The notes beneath the pieces were generated by a model. That model was not told the DNA's origin. It was given only the letters and a program-made list of their open reading frames with translations, and ran no database searches. A stretch of 61,086 nt of DNA, filler included, from Rhabdomonas costata (lineage: Eukaryota): the NCBI GenBank assembly GCA_019059605.1. It is 18 parts of 18 records of this genome, joined end to end, with 100 filler letters (N's around TTAATTAATTAA, not from the genome) between each part and the next. Parts side by side here need not be neighbours in the genome. Positions count along the whole stretch, not along the records: positions 20,592 to 23,877 come from JAHMHO010001060.1; positions 23,978 to 27,262 come from JAHMHO010001061.1; positions 27,363 to 30,645 come from JAHMHO010001062.1; positions 30,746 to 34,028 come from JAHMHO010001063.1; 14 more parts are not named here. One strand, written 5' to 3'. The position numbers and the translations under genes were made by a program. This document shows, piece after piece, positions 22,733 through 33,321 of the stretch (its first letter is position 1; every line of letters begins with the position of its first letter).

Positions 22733-22953
22733 GACCGGTCTTATGTCTGAGTGGTCGTCTGGGTGCCGGGATCTTGGCTGCAAAATCGCGGGTTCGATTC
22801 CCAGACCCGGCCATGGCGGCAGCCCGTCTTGGCTCCTGGTTCCCTTCCGCCGCCGGTGTGAGCCCATGCGGATTGGGCCGGGAGCGGCCCATTCCAGTGC
22901 GGAGCATGGTCTGTAAGAACACTCCCGGAAAAAGATAACAACAAATAAAATTA
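22733..22953 (+). mobile_element. tRNA-derived SINE-like element (or tRNA pseudogene with structured tail)
   Basis: A-box-like TGTCTGAGTGG (22744), B-box GGTTCGATTCC (22791), ends GACCGG...CCGGCCA, then a GC-rich hairpin body and A-rich tail. Confidence 0.6.
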
Positions 22954-23984
22954 AGGGAAAGGTTAATTTTGTAGGGACCCAAAACGATCAGCGGTTGCAA
23001 GGTGGTGGACGAGAACGGCCGGAGCAGCACAACCGAGGTACACCACTAATGGGCCACGACAACCAACCACATGTGAAATAAAGGTGGTAATAGCGAGAAA
23101 ATCAGGTGAAAGGAAACGTCCGGAAGATTTCCGCTACACTATTCACACGAGATTGGCTTGTTCACCGCTCTGCCCCTAACCCGGCTGGCATCCGAGGAGA
23201 CCCGCAGCCACGCATGGCACGCAGTTGGGAAGCTGCTGTGGGGCTGCGTCGGGCTTCCGCCGCACTTCCAACTTCCCGCCACCTTTCCTACGGGTTGGCG
23301 CCGCTAGCCGGTGCCCGCCGCCGCTGCCGGTGCCTTGCGGCCTCCACACGCACTATCTCTGCTTTTCCTTTTTTTCCCGGATGCATCGGCGACTTCTCTC
23401 TCACCTCCTGACTTTCGCTGATTCTCTCTTCTCAGCGCTCTCACAGCATCACTTTTTGCTTTCAGCCACTTGGCAAAGACACAGAGCCGGTAGAGTCCAC
23501 TCTGAGATCAATCTTTCGGTACAATATCTCCTTCAAACCCATTTGCCCACCCATCATCATCACACCGTTGAAAGGCTCAAACGAGTAGGAGTAGACAATT
23601 TGTGCAAACTGTGAACCGCGTCGGAGGCTGCACACGTGGGATGGGAGGCTGGGCGGGAGAGGGAGAGGCGTCCTCTCAGCGAGCAAAAGAGTTAAGTACA
23701 GAGTACACGAAGAAACAAAGGGTGATGCAGGTCCTCTCTCCAATTCCCAACGTCCGTCACATGCGCAGCTCAGAGAAAAACCTACAGACACGAAAAAAGT
23801 CCGCGTCGGATCCACACCTGGGTGGGGAATATCCTCGGTGCATCACACACCCCCCAAACACACCCAGATCGGAAGAGNNNNNNNNNNNNNNNNNNNNNNN
23901 NNNNNNNNNNNNNNNNNNNNNTTAATTAATTAANNNNNNNNNNNNNNNNNNNNNNNNNNNNNNNNNNNNNNNNNNNNGGTGGGG

Positions 23985-24867
23985 TTTGGTCTGTCGCGTA
24001 TCTGCAAATGGTAATTTATTTTACACAAAAACAGCATGAAACAGGCCGCAGGACTCCGTCCGGGGTGTGGTTGGTGTGGTTGCGAGCGAATATAGATGTG
24101 AATGGCAACTCAAATTTCAGTTTTGTACTCTAACGAGCAAAAAATGAGACTCGAAGGAAAGATCGTCCCAAAAAATGTGATAAGAGCAAGTCAACAATAA
24201 AAACCTTTCCTTTCAGCAAGCTGATTGCTGCCTTGTACAAGTCTTCCGCAATTGAATCGACATCACGGCCGTGATAACCCACTTCGGTGAATTTGGTGCA
24301 TTCCACCCGAAGAAAGGGTGCGTTGGTCAACTTCGCCACACGGCGGGAAATCTGAGCAGAAACAACTTGTGCTGAAACGTTCGCATACTCACAGAGCAAG
24401 GTGAAAAAAGGACTGCACACAAACCTCGGTCTTCCCCACGCCCGTTGGGCCTATCATGAGTATGTTTTTGGGGTAAATTTCATCCCGAAATTCTTTGCTG
24501 ACACGGTGCCTGCGCCACCGATTTCCTGCGCAAAAAGTGATTGAGAAAACCGATCAAACCACCGAAAGAACGATAAAGAACAAAAGAAGTACACACTCAA
24601 AGCCACAGCCACGGCCCGCTTCGCCACGTTCTGGCCAATTATATACTTGTCGAGGTGCTCCACGATCTCAAGGGGGGTCATTGAAGTTGTTTGAGCCAAA
24701 GACTCAAGCTCTGTCTTCAAAGCAGTCTCAGCCACCGGAGTTGAAGTGGGCGCTGATGAAGTCGTAGCATATCTCCTCAGCAGCAAGGAAAGAGAACTTC
24801 TTAACACTCTGTGCAAAAAAAACACCTCTTGTCATAAATTCTTCGGGTATGTCCTGACTTTCTGCAT
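23985..24867 (-). CDS. hslU: Mitochondrial HslU (ClpY) ATPase, 5' part; exons 24808-24597, 24525-24425, 24351-24205, 24001 to contig end; first exon uncertain
   Basis: [54 protein letters not shown] (Walker A) and [18 protein letters not shown]-rich N-terminal presequence. Confidence 0.95.
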
Positions 24868-25296
24868 TCGTCTTGGTCTATTTCTCTCTCTCCCCTCCCT
24901 AGAGATGGTGAGTCAAAAGGACCTTGTGTAAAGACAATAGTTCAATAGTCCTAAAAAAAAGTCGATAATGTTTGAAGTCAATTTTGTGCACACTATCGCC
25001 TTTACCAGTCACTGCCGACTTGGATTCACGAGGAAGACTTTTCAACCAAGCGAAATATGATTCTCTAAAATTATGCCACGAATCGTGGCGTTCAGTAGCA
25101 ATTGCAATCCACGTGAACACCGCCCCTCGGGAACACGTGTCCCACCCCCCTGGACAAATAAACTCACCTCAGGGACCCTTTTCGGTGACTGCAATGCACT
25201 AGTACCTGGGATCTTGGAATCAAGACATCTCGGACAGGCAAAAAAAAACTCGACCCAACAGTTCACAGCATCGCCGAAAATGTCTGAAGTTTTATA

Positions 25297-26001
25297 TCAC
25301 CGCTGTGCATGAGCTAGGACAGTGGAGATCATGCCCTTCGTGGACAAACACATCGCCTTGGAACGACAATCATAAGTGACGGGCTCCTGACCTATAAAAA
25401 CAGCTTGGTGGAGAGGGGGTACGTGCACGAGAGCGTGAACCACTCGGCAGGGGAATTTGTGCGCGCCTCAGACCACAGCATATACATGAACACCATAGAG
25501 GGGAAGTGGGTGACTTGAAAAATTCGTTGCGAGGAATGCGAGGGATGCGGAGGGATTAACGGCCCCTGTTTTTGAGAGAGTCCATGTGGCGGCACAACCG
25601 CTGCAGGAGAAGATTCCTTCTGTTTGATCTTCGCGATTTTGGGGGGGGGGGGAACCCTGCGATGAGACACGCTGCTGCAGTGGCTGTGATTCTCTTCTTC
25701 CTTACATGGATTTGTATGAATTTAAAATTCACATAATAATAATAAAGATAAATTTATAGCGCTTCTGTAAAATGGGGGGTAACAAACTTAACCAGGAGGG
25801 GCCTGAGGACTGCTGACCACCAAAGGCAAGGCAAAAAACAGTTCCACTTTGCCACCTTCACCAACCCGAAGCCTCGACAGGAGAAATGCGTGAAATTCAG
25901 GGTCCAGGGTGCAGGTTTCTACCCTCCAAAAACTCTCTCCCTTTTATATCGGTCCAGAGACTTGGTGGGTCCTTTGCCTTAACCTCAACAAAACCGGACA
26001 T
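25297..26001 (-). CDS. Hypothetical 57-aa two-exon ORF (26001-25923, 25391-25297)
   Basis: Phase-1 compatible G|GTAGAA ... TTTTTATAG|GT junction giving MSGFVEVKAKDPPSLWTDIKGREFLEGQEPVTYDCRSKAMCLSTKGMISTVLAHAQR*; no recognised homology. Confidence 0.25.
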
Positions 26002-27424
26002 ATTGATGCACAAAATACAAAAAAGAAGAAAACGCCGCTCTCTCTCTCTCTCTCTCTCTCTGGGCGCAAGAACAGAAAACGAACACCGTCGCTGCATTTT
26101 ATTGTACAAAAATGGAGCTTCGTCTGGAGGAGTATCCTACCAAAGTAGTTTTGCAGTATTATTGTTTCTGTTATGCATTAAACTGTTGTGGCAGTGAAAG
26201 GTGGGTTTGTTACCGTACTGTACTAGGGTCACAGGCATATTGAAGTGCGGGTTGGTGTCGATCACCACTTTTTATGCCAAAAAAAAACGTCAGCAAGGGG
26301 GTGCAGTACCAGTTTGCAGATGTTCAAGGTATTCCCTTATTGCCTTCATTGTCTTCAGGTTTTGGTCACCGGTTGCCCATGAATCCCTGACATCGACTAA
26401 TGAAGTCTCGCAGCCCAAGACATCCTGGAAAAATCTTTATGCTAAACCTCCTTGTGGGCACCGCAAACCTAACCCCGTGGGAGACCAAAATAACTTTCCT
26501 TAGGGGGCATGTGCTACGCAAACATAGCCTCTGCGAGAATGGAAAAGGAATGAAACCCCACCTTCGGCTTTGCGTCCTGCATGAGGAGGAGGGGGGACGG
26601 GAGTCCTTGAGTCTGTTGCAAAGATTAACACCTGACCAAGGACCCCAGCCTTTGCAACTCTTCAAATACGTAAAACTGCCCAGTGCATGACAAACACTGT
26701 GCACTCATTTTAGTGAAGCCCACATTATGTTCAGCATTGCCACGGAAAGCAGTTGCTCCTTACCAGGTTGGGGAATGAAGAGCCGCTAATTCTCACCAAT
26801 TTCTCAACTGTTGTGCTGCGAAAGCACGGTTTTGAGGAAGCCCTTTTAATTAAAGGTAAAATTCCGTTCAGCTCCATGTGCTCCTTGCTCTATTTTGCAC
26901 AGAGCTTCCACGCAGTACATTTTTCCCAATACTGACTCGCCGTAGCCTTAGTTGTTCTGCGTTTGTGGTGTGAAATCCACCTGACAAAAGGCAAACTGTC
27001 TCGCAATTCACATTCTCACCCAATGCTTTGCTCGTCTCACGCAGCAGCAACTTTTACTGTTGCGTTGGTTGTGTTTTGCCTGGCTCTCTTTGGCCATGAC
27101 CACTTTGCGATGTATGAGCAAGTGGGACGATGAATACGGGGATGATTACCAGCTTTGTCAGCAAAGTACACCCCAACAGACATCTGCCGTTTGTGACCAA
27201 ATTCCCTCCAAAAAAAGAAGATCCGCTGAAGTTGAGAGAGCTGGGAATTTGGCCACAAACAANNNNNNNNNNNNNNNNNNNNNNNNNNNNNNNNNNNNNN
27301 NNNNNNTTAATTAATTAANNNNNNNNNNNNNNNNNNNNNNNNNNNNNNNNNNNNNNNNNNNNTGTGTTGGTTGGTTTGGTGGTGGATGGTGGGCGGTGAT
27401 TGTGTATAGGTGTGGGGGTCGCAC

Positions 27425-28766
27425 CCGTGTCATACATCAGGAACACCACGCAGGCCTTCAGTGGTCGCTGCGAAGCAGCAGCCCGTGGGGCCAAGCTGGA
27501 CCTGCAGCGCTCCCCGGAGCGCCCGAAGAAGCACTCCGGGGAATGCGAGACAGCACAGCACACGAGAAAAGCGGGGGCACACGGGGGAAAGGAACGGCGG
27601 CACCCGGCTTGACACCTACCAGCTGTCCCAATATGGGGTGCACGAGTGGAAGTCAGGAGCAATGGTAGAAGAAGAATGAACAAAAACGAAATTGCAAAGA
27701 AGAAGAAGAACAATGATTGATGTGTCTTTTTATTCCTACATTTCCAGTTTCCGCTCAGCATTCTGTGAAAATTTTCGCACCTCACAGTGGGGAAAGAGGC
27801 CACGGACCCAATGCCCTGCAAAGCCGCACTCCGGAGAGCCATATGCAGGCACAGTGACATTCAGCAGCCGCTGCAGCGGAGTGAGGGGGTGGGACGGCCC
27901 AAAAATAGGGGAGGCCCCCACAGGAAGGCCCACTGGCTGCCTGCGGTTTCCAGTACCACAGAAAGAAATCCACAGACACCCAGCAGATAGCATTGAAGAA
28001 TGCCCACTACCACGCTCTCAAAAGGACAGTGCAGCCTTCGCAGCACTAGTGGCAGAGAAAGCTCTTCGGAAGTAACGTGTTAGACCAAGGAAAGGGGCCG
28101 CCTCCCAAAGATCCATTCTCATCCCCACAAAAGCAGCAAAGAGGTATTGCCCCCCGAGGACGCTGTTTTTAGGCTGACATGAAGCATTGCTGCGGGAGCT
28201 TCCCAGAAAACGGAGAACGGCCAAAGTTCGCCGCTGTGGACTCAGAGAAGGGAACTTACCTGCTGGAGTTGCCTCTGAAGGAAAAGTTTGGGGGAGCCGT
28301 CGCCTTCCTCTGCGCTTGCTGGGCGCTGAGCTCTGAGAACACCGGTTTCCTGAAGCACAGCGGAAGCCTCAGAAGAGGAGTCCCGTGAAATCATCGGGCG
28401 CCGACTAAAACGCTGTCCTGGGCAATATTATAGAATACGGAGCACAGCTCAGCGAAGAGCAGGGGAGGGAAGACAGAGGGGATAAACGAACAATCCTCCC
28501 TGATGTTGGGCACTGAGGAAGGGAAAAGGCGGACACCGCACAATGCGAACCACGGGAGGGGGGGGCGACTGCTCATTTTAAGAGAAAATGTCAGAGAGAA
28601 AAAAGCAGACCGCGCACTTGGGCGAGAAAAGAAAAATCACAGCTAGAGCAGGGCGGAGACAAAAGGCACGCCTTCTCTCAAAGAAGCGCTTCCGTCCCGG
28701 GCGGAGAACGACTCCAGCGGTCAGGAAAAGCATCAACAGCAGGGCGGCAAAGTGAGGGCCAGCCAT
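27425..28766 (-). CDS. Type II membrane or secreted protein, 5' part (glycosyltransferase-like layout), about 5 exons
   Basis: Signal anchor MAGPHFAALLLMLFLTAGVVL, Pro-rich stem with NFS/NSS/NVT sequons, then RPLKACVVFLMYD; exons are phase-compatible if the first intron is GC-AG (28671 GCGTGC). Confidence 0.45.
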
Positions 28767-29344
28767 TTCCTCGGGGACAAACCCATTCGCGGTAGAGAAA
28801 GACTGCAAGAGGGAAAAACCAAGAAGGATCGCCAAGGATCACCAGATTTTAGCATCGTACCGATATGCTCGAAGATGGGAAGCAAATGCGCACGCGGAAG
28901 CACACAGTGAGGGAAAAGGCATCCATAGCGGTGGTACAAGCAGATAAACCTGTGGCGGAAAGGTGCCAAAAAGGTAAGTCTCAACCATCAGGGTATTATT
29001 AACCTAGCCACAAACAAAGCTGAGTTACTGACCCCTAAAATAGAGGCCACCCAGGTAACCACGGGAAATTACCTGCACAACGACTTTATGTGCACGGTTC
29101 GCATAGCACCGAACATGTGACGCATGGACCGTTCGAGCCACGCGTTTGTTTGATAAGCGTGTTCTCAAAGTTGCATACCAAAATTACGGTGGAAAGCGGC
29201 GCCGAACAGGAGGAAAAATTACATGCAAAGCGACTTTATATCCACGTTCCACGCAGCAACATGCGGTGGATTGTTCGAGCGACGAAGTGAGCACCGACTG
29301 ATGTGGAAGTGTCGGTATTGCCAAGAAGTACCTCCGGGTATTCC

Positions 29345-29563
29345 TTCACATTTTTCATTTCGCACATTATAACCCTGACTTATTTTTGCATATTATAACC
29401 TTCACTTGCACATTATGACCTTTATTGCGATGCACGCGTCCCCAAGAAAAGGGTATTCTTTATTCAGGGTAGTTTCACACACAAAAAGGGTGAAGGCTAT
29501 ATTGTGCAAAGTGAAGGTTAATGTGCAAGTGAAGTTTATAATGTGCAAAATGAAAAAACTGAA
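29345..29563. mobile_element. Foldback/MITE-like element with inverted arrays of a ~20-bp subrepeat
   Basis: Left arm has three (cttcactt)gcacattataac units; right arm has three reverse-complement units; ends TTTTTCATTT / AAATGAAAAA. Confidence 0.6.
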
Positions 29564-30195
29564 CTGATATAATGCCCGAATCCCCAAGCACCAGTTCCCG
29601 AAGAGAAAGCAATAAGAACCAGCAACGAAGGATATCCGCAAAAGCAAGAATGCAGCAACGAGCATGCAGAAGCGAAAGGCCAAAGGCTCAATTAGATGCT
29701 CAGCCACCGGGGCAGACAAAACCGGCAGCATTTCACAAGCACACCCCCTTACCCACCTACCCACACCCACACACGCGCTTCCCTTTTTACACACATACAC
29801 ACACACGCGTGGGAGATGCAGGAGGGCATGCCCTTTTCGCGGGAAGTCCCTTCTGAGGGCTTGCACTATGCACTTGCTTTGTACCCTGGAAATCGTCTCC
29901 TTAGGACTTGTGTTGTGCGCAGTGCAACACCTCAGCGGCTGACTTTTCCCAAAGGACACTTTCTCCCTTCCCACCGCGGACCCATGGACGGCAAAACCCC
30001 ACAAATACGCGGCAGGAGGGCGAGAAGCCCATTCTGCAGAGCAAGGACAGGGAGGAATTGAAAAGCGACTCCACGAGCGTACAGATGGTGAAGCGGAATC
30101 GATTGTCCTTTAACTCCCCACACCACACTGCTCCTTGTACAAGGAAGCGCGAGTGAGAAAGAAAGAAGGGGGGGGGGGAGATGACGAAGAAATGA

Positions 30196-30297
30196 AGGTT
30201 CGTGGACGGCAGCAAGGAAACTTCTCTCCCCCCTCCTTTCCCTTGAGTGAGGGAACGGGTGGGGGAGATATGTTGCGTTGTTGCCGTCCACGAACCT
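30196..30297. other. 102-nt imperfect long hairpin (MITE-like or structured RNA)
   Basis: AGGTTCGTGGACGGCAGCAA / TTGTTGCCGTCCACGAACCT outer stem; TCTCCCCC/GGGGGAGA and TTCCCT/AGGGAA inner stems. Confidence 0.7.
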
Positions 30298-30747
30298 AGC
30301 GTGGTCTGTGGACGGCAGCAATGGTGATACCTAATAGGATCACCCATTTGCCTTAGAACGTCGCCACTGTGATCATCAAGGCGCCCGGGCGATCGAAAGA
30401 CAAGATCAGGGCGAGACAGAAAAACTCAAAAGCGGGGCAAGAGTGCCCATACATTTACAACGCCCATACCAAAGCGGGCCCCAAGGCAAAGCCAATATTT
30501 TCTCCGAAGAAACCTGAGGAGACAACATAAGGAAAGAAAAGAAGACGCGCCAGCATCCCACAGAAGGGGGTTTTTGAATAATAGTCACTCCAAACGAGCT
30601 GTGATAGCAGCTAGCGTCCAGCAAATCCTAAGCTAAAACAACACCNNNNNNNNNNNNNNNNNNNNNNNNNNNNNNNNNNNNNNNNNNNNTTAATTAATTA
30701 ANNNNNNNNNNNNNNNNNNNNNNNNNNNNNNNNNNNNNNNNNNNNGG

Positions 30748-30934
30748 TTTGTGGGCGGAGCCTTATGAGGTTAGGAGTTTTACTTATCAGGGTTCAACTT
30801 TATATGGAGCGGGTAGCTTTTCTTTGCCATCGGTAGTCCCTATACACACCGATGGCAAAGAAAAGCTACCCGCTCCATATAAAGTTGAACCCTGATAAGT
30901 AAAACTCCTAACCTCATAAGGCTCCGTCCACAAA
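30748..30934. repeat. Contig-terminal inverted repeat (87-bp arms, 13-nt loop); probable fold-back chimera
   Basis: Arms are reverse complements with one mismatch and start at the contig edge. Confidence 0.9.
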
Positions 30935-32409
30935 TCCTCTTTTTGTTCATCAGTATCATCAATCACAGACAGTACCACGACTCCGTGTGGCCTTTCCCAT
31001 TTTCGCGTTCAGCGAAAGAGCAAGAGAGGGAAAGAAATTGGAAGAAGCGCACAACGCCGGCCAGGGGGCTGACTACTAGGGCGTAGGGCGAGGGGGCGAG
31101 GGTGGACAACCAGCTGCCGCAGCATGAGGCGGAGGGGAGGAGCGGGCTCGGCTGTAGTCCGGATACAGCCTCTTGGCGACAGGGGAGGTGGTATGAGTGT
31201 ACCGCACGGGCAGCCCACTGCCCTTTCCAGGCCCGTAGCTTCCACTTGCGGTGGCAGCCATGGGTTCGACCTGGGAAAAAGTTGGGGCAAAGCCATGCCA
31301 AAAGAGGAGAAGAGCAGAATGATGGATCGCGTGGTATGTCGAACCCTGTAGCACGACCAGCACGACCTCCTCAACGGGGTGATGCCACCCAATGTGGCGA
31401 TGTGGTGGAGACCACCATGGCAATCGCAGGAAACGGCTCAAATAAGACAAAGAAATCCCCGCGGGAGAGAAAAATACCTCTGGAGCTGCCTCGGCCATGT
31501 TCTGCTCCGACGCTGCAAAAAGAAACAAGCTGCATCAAACCCAGCCAACCGCCAGCCAACCGCCAGCGGCTTTTCACCAACGGAGAAAAATGGAATAGAA
31601 GGATAGAGAGCGTTCTTCTGTCCATTGCATAAGCAGAATTAGCAACCCCAAAGTGTCAACAAGGCACCGCCCGACAGCTTTTCAGTTCAAGGGACAAACC
31701 TATGAATGCAGCCAAGCAGTTTATTTTTGTAAGTGTGAGACAGCTGAATACCCATCTTCGCAGCTTTTGAGTTCTCTGGTCCTTGAGGATGGAAGTACCT
31801 AAGACCGTCCAAACAAAACCGGCATACGAACACAAGAAACAAAGACAAGAAAGAGAGAGGGTTCACAGAAAATCAGCTGTGCAAGACAAGATAACAGCCA
31901 ACGCAGGTACGCCTTCGTCTGAATATGGCTCATGAAAGGGTTGTGGTCCGACTCCCTTGCCACGATGAACCATCTTATGGCAGGGTCCGCAATTGGATCC
32001 CTGCCACACAACCAACAGGTACACTTACTTCTGCAGCAAAGTGGTGATTAATGAGTCCGTCTTCCGCCATACGTACGCAGAGAGATTGCTTGAAACTCTC
32101 TTCATTATCCTCCAGTGCAAAGCTGAGCGAGAAGAATGCTTCACAGTGGCAACTCAGCAGGACGTGCGGCAAATTATAACGTCGTGTACCGCACCATGAT
32201 CACAAGCAATACCAAAATAAGGTGCGCCAAGGAGCAAGCAAAACAGCAGCAACAAAATCAGAGGCCACGACACACACAAAAGCGAGGGGATCTCTCTTTT
32301 GATGAGGCGAGGCTGGGAAGGAAGGAGAGAAGAACAAAGGAGCAAACCACCGCGCTTCTCAGCGTATGTACACAACTATAGCTGACGTACAGCACAGGTT
32401 AACCACAAC

Positions 32410-33321
32410 CTATCGCAACAACCATTCAAACTCATGATCGGTGGTCTGAAGGTCACAGAGCAAATGCTCAACACAACACCGTTGCGACTTGCTGTGATCC
32501 TCATCTATGAAATCCCGAAAGACATTCAACACAAACATCGACTCGTGTCCACTCTCAGCCTCTCTGCGGTCAAGGACTGCGCGAAGTGGGGCAAAAAACT
32601 CACCCGCCTCGGTATAAACGCTGCCCAGGAAGTCGTGAGTCTCCAAGCCATAAAGCTGAAGGTGTAGACGTTTCAGGGACGGAAAGCTCGCCAGATCCTC
32701 CAGAATTTGCACCCCTTCCATGGTGTTGTTGGTCGAGGATAGAACAAGTTCCGCCTCCGAGAGAGAAGGCATCGAACGAAGCTGGGCGACAAGCGATTTC
32801 AGTTCTGCACCGCCCAAAGGCACAGGGACGAGGCCAAGCTTCAATTTACTCAAATGGGGCGCGTTGGCGAGGAAATTGGTGATGCTGCACAAGCCTTTCG
32901 GCACGCTGCCACAGTGCCCTTGGAAATGCACAGCGAAGGACGTCAGCTGGGGCATAACTCTTCCAACCGCCGCGAGGATGGAAGCCAAACCTTCTGTTTT
33001 CGGCCTCAGCCGCACGCACTGCACAGTAAGCTCGCGAAGGGTAGGCAGGTGCATCAGCGATTCAATGACACTTGTGGTGTACCCAAGGTCACTGGGGGCA
33101 ATAGTGACAGCAGATGAGCCCCACTCCATCAGTCGTGGCAGCATGCGGGAGCTCCGAGTGGAAACAAAAACGCAGGTGGACGACGGCAGAATCACGACTC
33201 GCCTCAAAAAACAATGCTGGGCCCATCGTCGGCATACTCTCCGTACCACATTCAAGAAGGAGGTCTTCCTCGGGAGAAACCCGAAGACTTCGCGGAGCAT
33301 ATCGCCTGCAAGGCGTTCCAT
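32410..33321 (-). CDS. Intronless F-box + LRR (RNI-like) protein, 303 aa
   Basis: MERLAGDMLREVFGFLP...VVRRVCRRW F-box; LPTLRELTV, MPQLTSFAV, APHLSKLKL, MPSLSEAEL and FPSLKRLHL LRR-like motifs. Confidence 0.8.
   Translation of the reverse strand: MERLAGDMLREVFGFLPRKTSFLNVVRRVCRRWAQHCFLRRVVILPSSTCVFVSTRSSRMLPRLMEWGSSAVTIAPSDLGYTTSVIESLMHLPTLRELTVQCVRLRPKTEGLASILAAVGRVMPQLTSFAVHFQGHCGSVPKGLCSITNFLANAPHLSKLKLGLVPVPLGGAELKSLVAQLRSMPSLSEAELVLSSTNNTMEGVQILEDLASFPSLKRLHLQLYGLETHDFLGSVYTEAGEFFAPLRAVLDRREAESGHESMFVLNVFRDFIDEDHSKSQRCCVEHLLCDLQTTDHEFEWLLR

Noticed and set aside
23985-24808. hslU as bacterial contamination
   Set aside because: It has GT-AG introns and an N-terminal presequence; mitochondrial HslVU is known in several protist lineages
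30748-30934. Perfect long hairpins at contig ends (also 40901-41086 and 61023-61086) as hairpin telomeres or RNAi loci
   Set aside because: All three abut a contig edge, are near-exact and shorter than a read; one has a 4-nt microhomology junction typical of fold-back or template-switch chimeras
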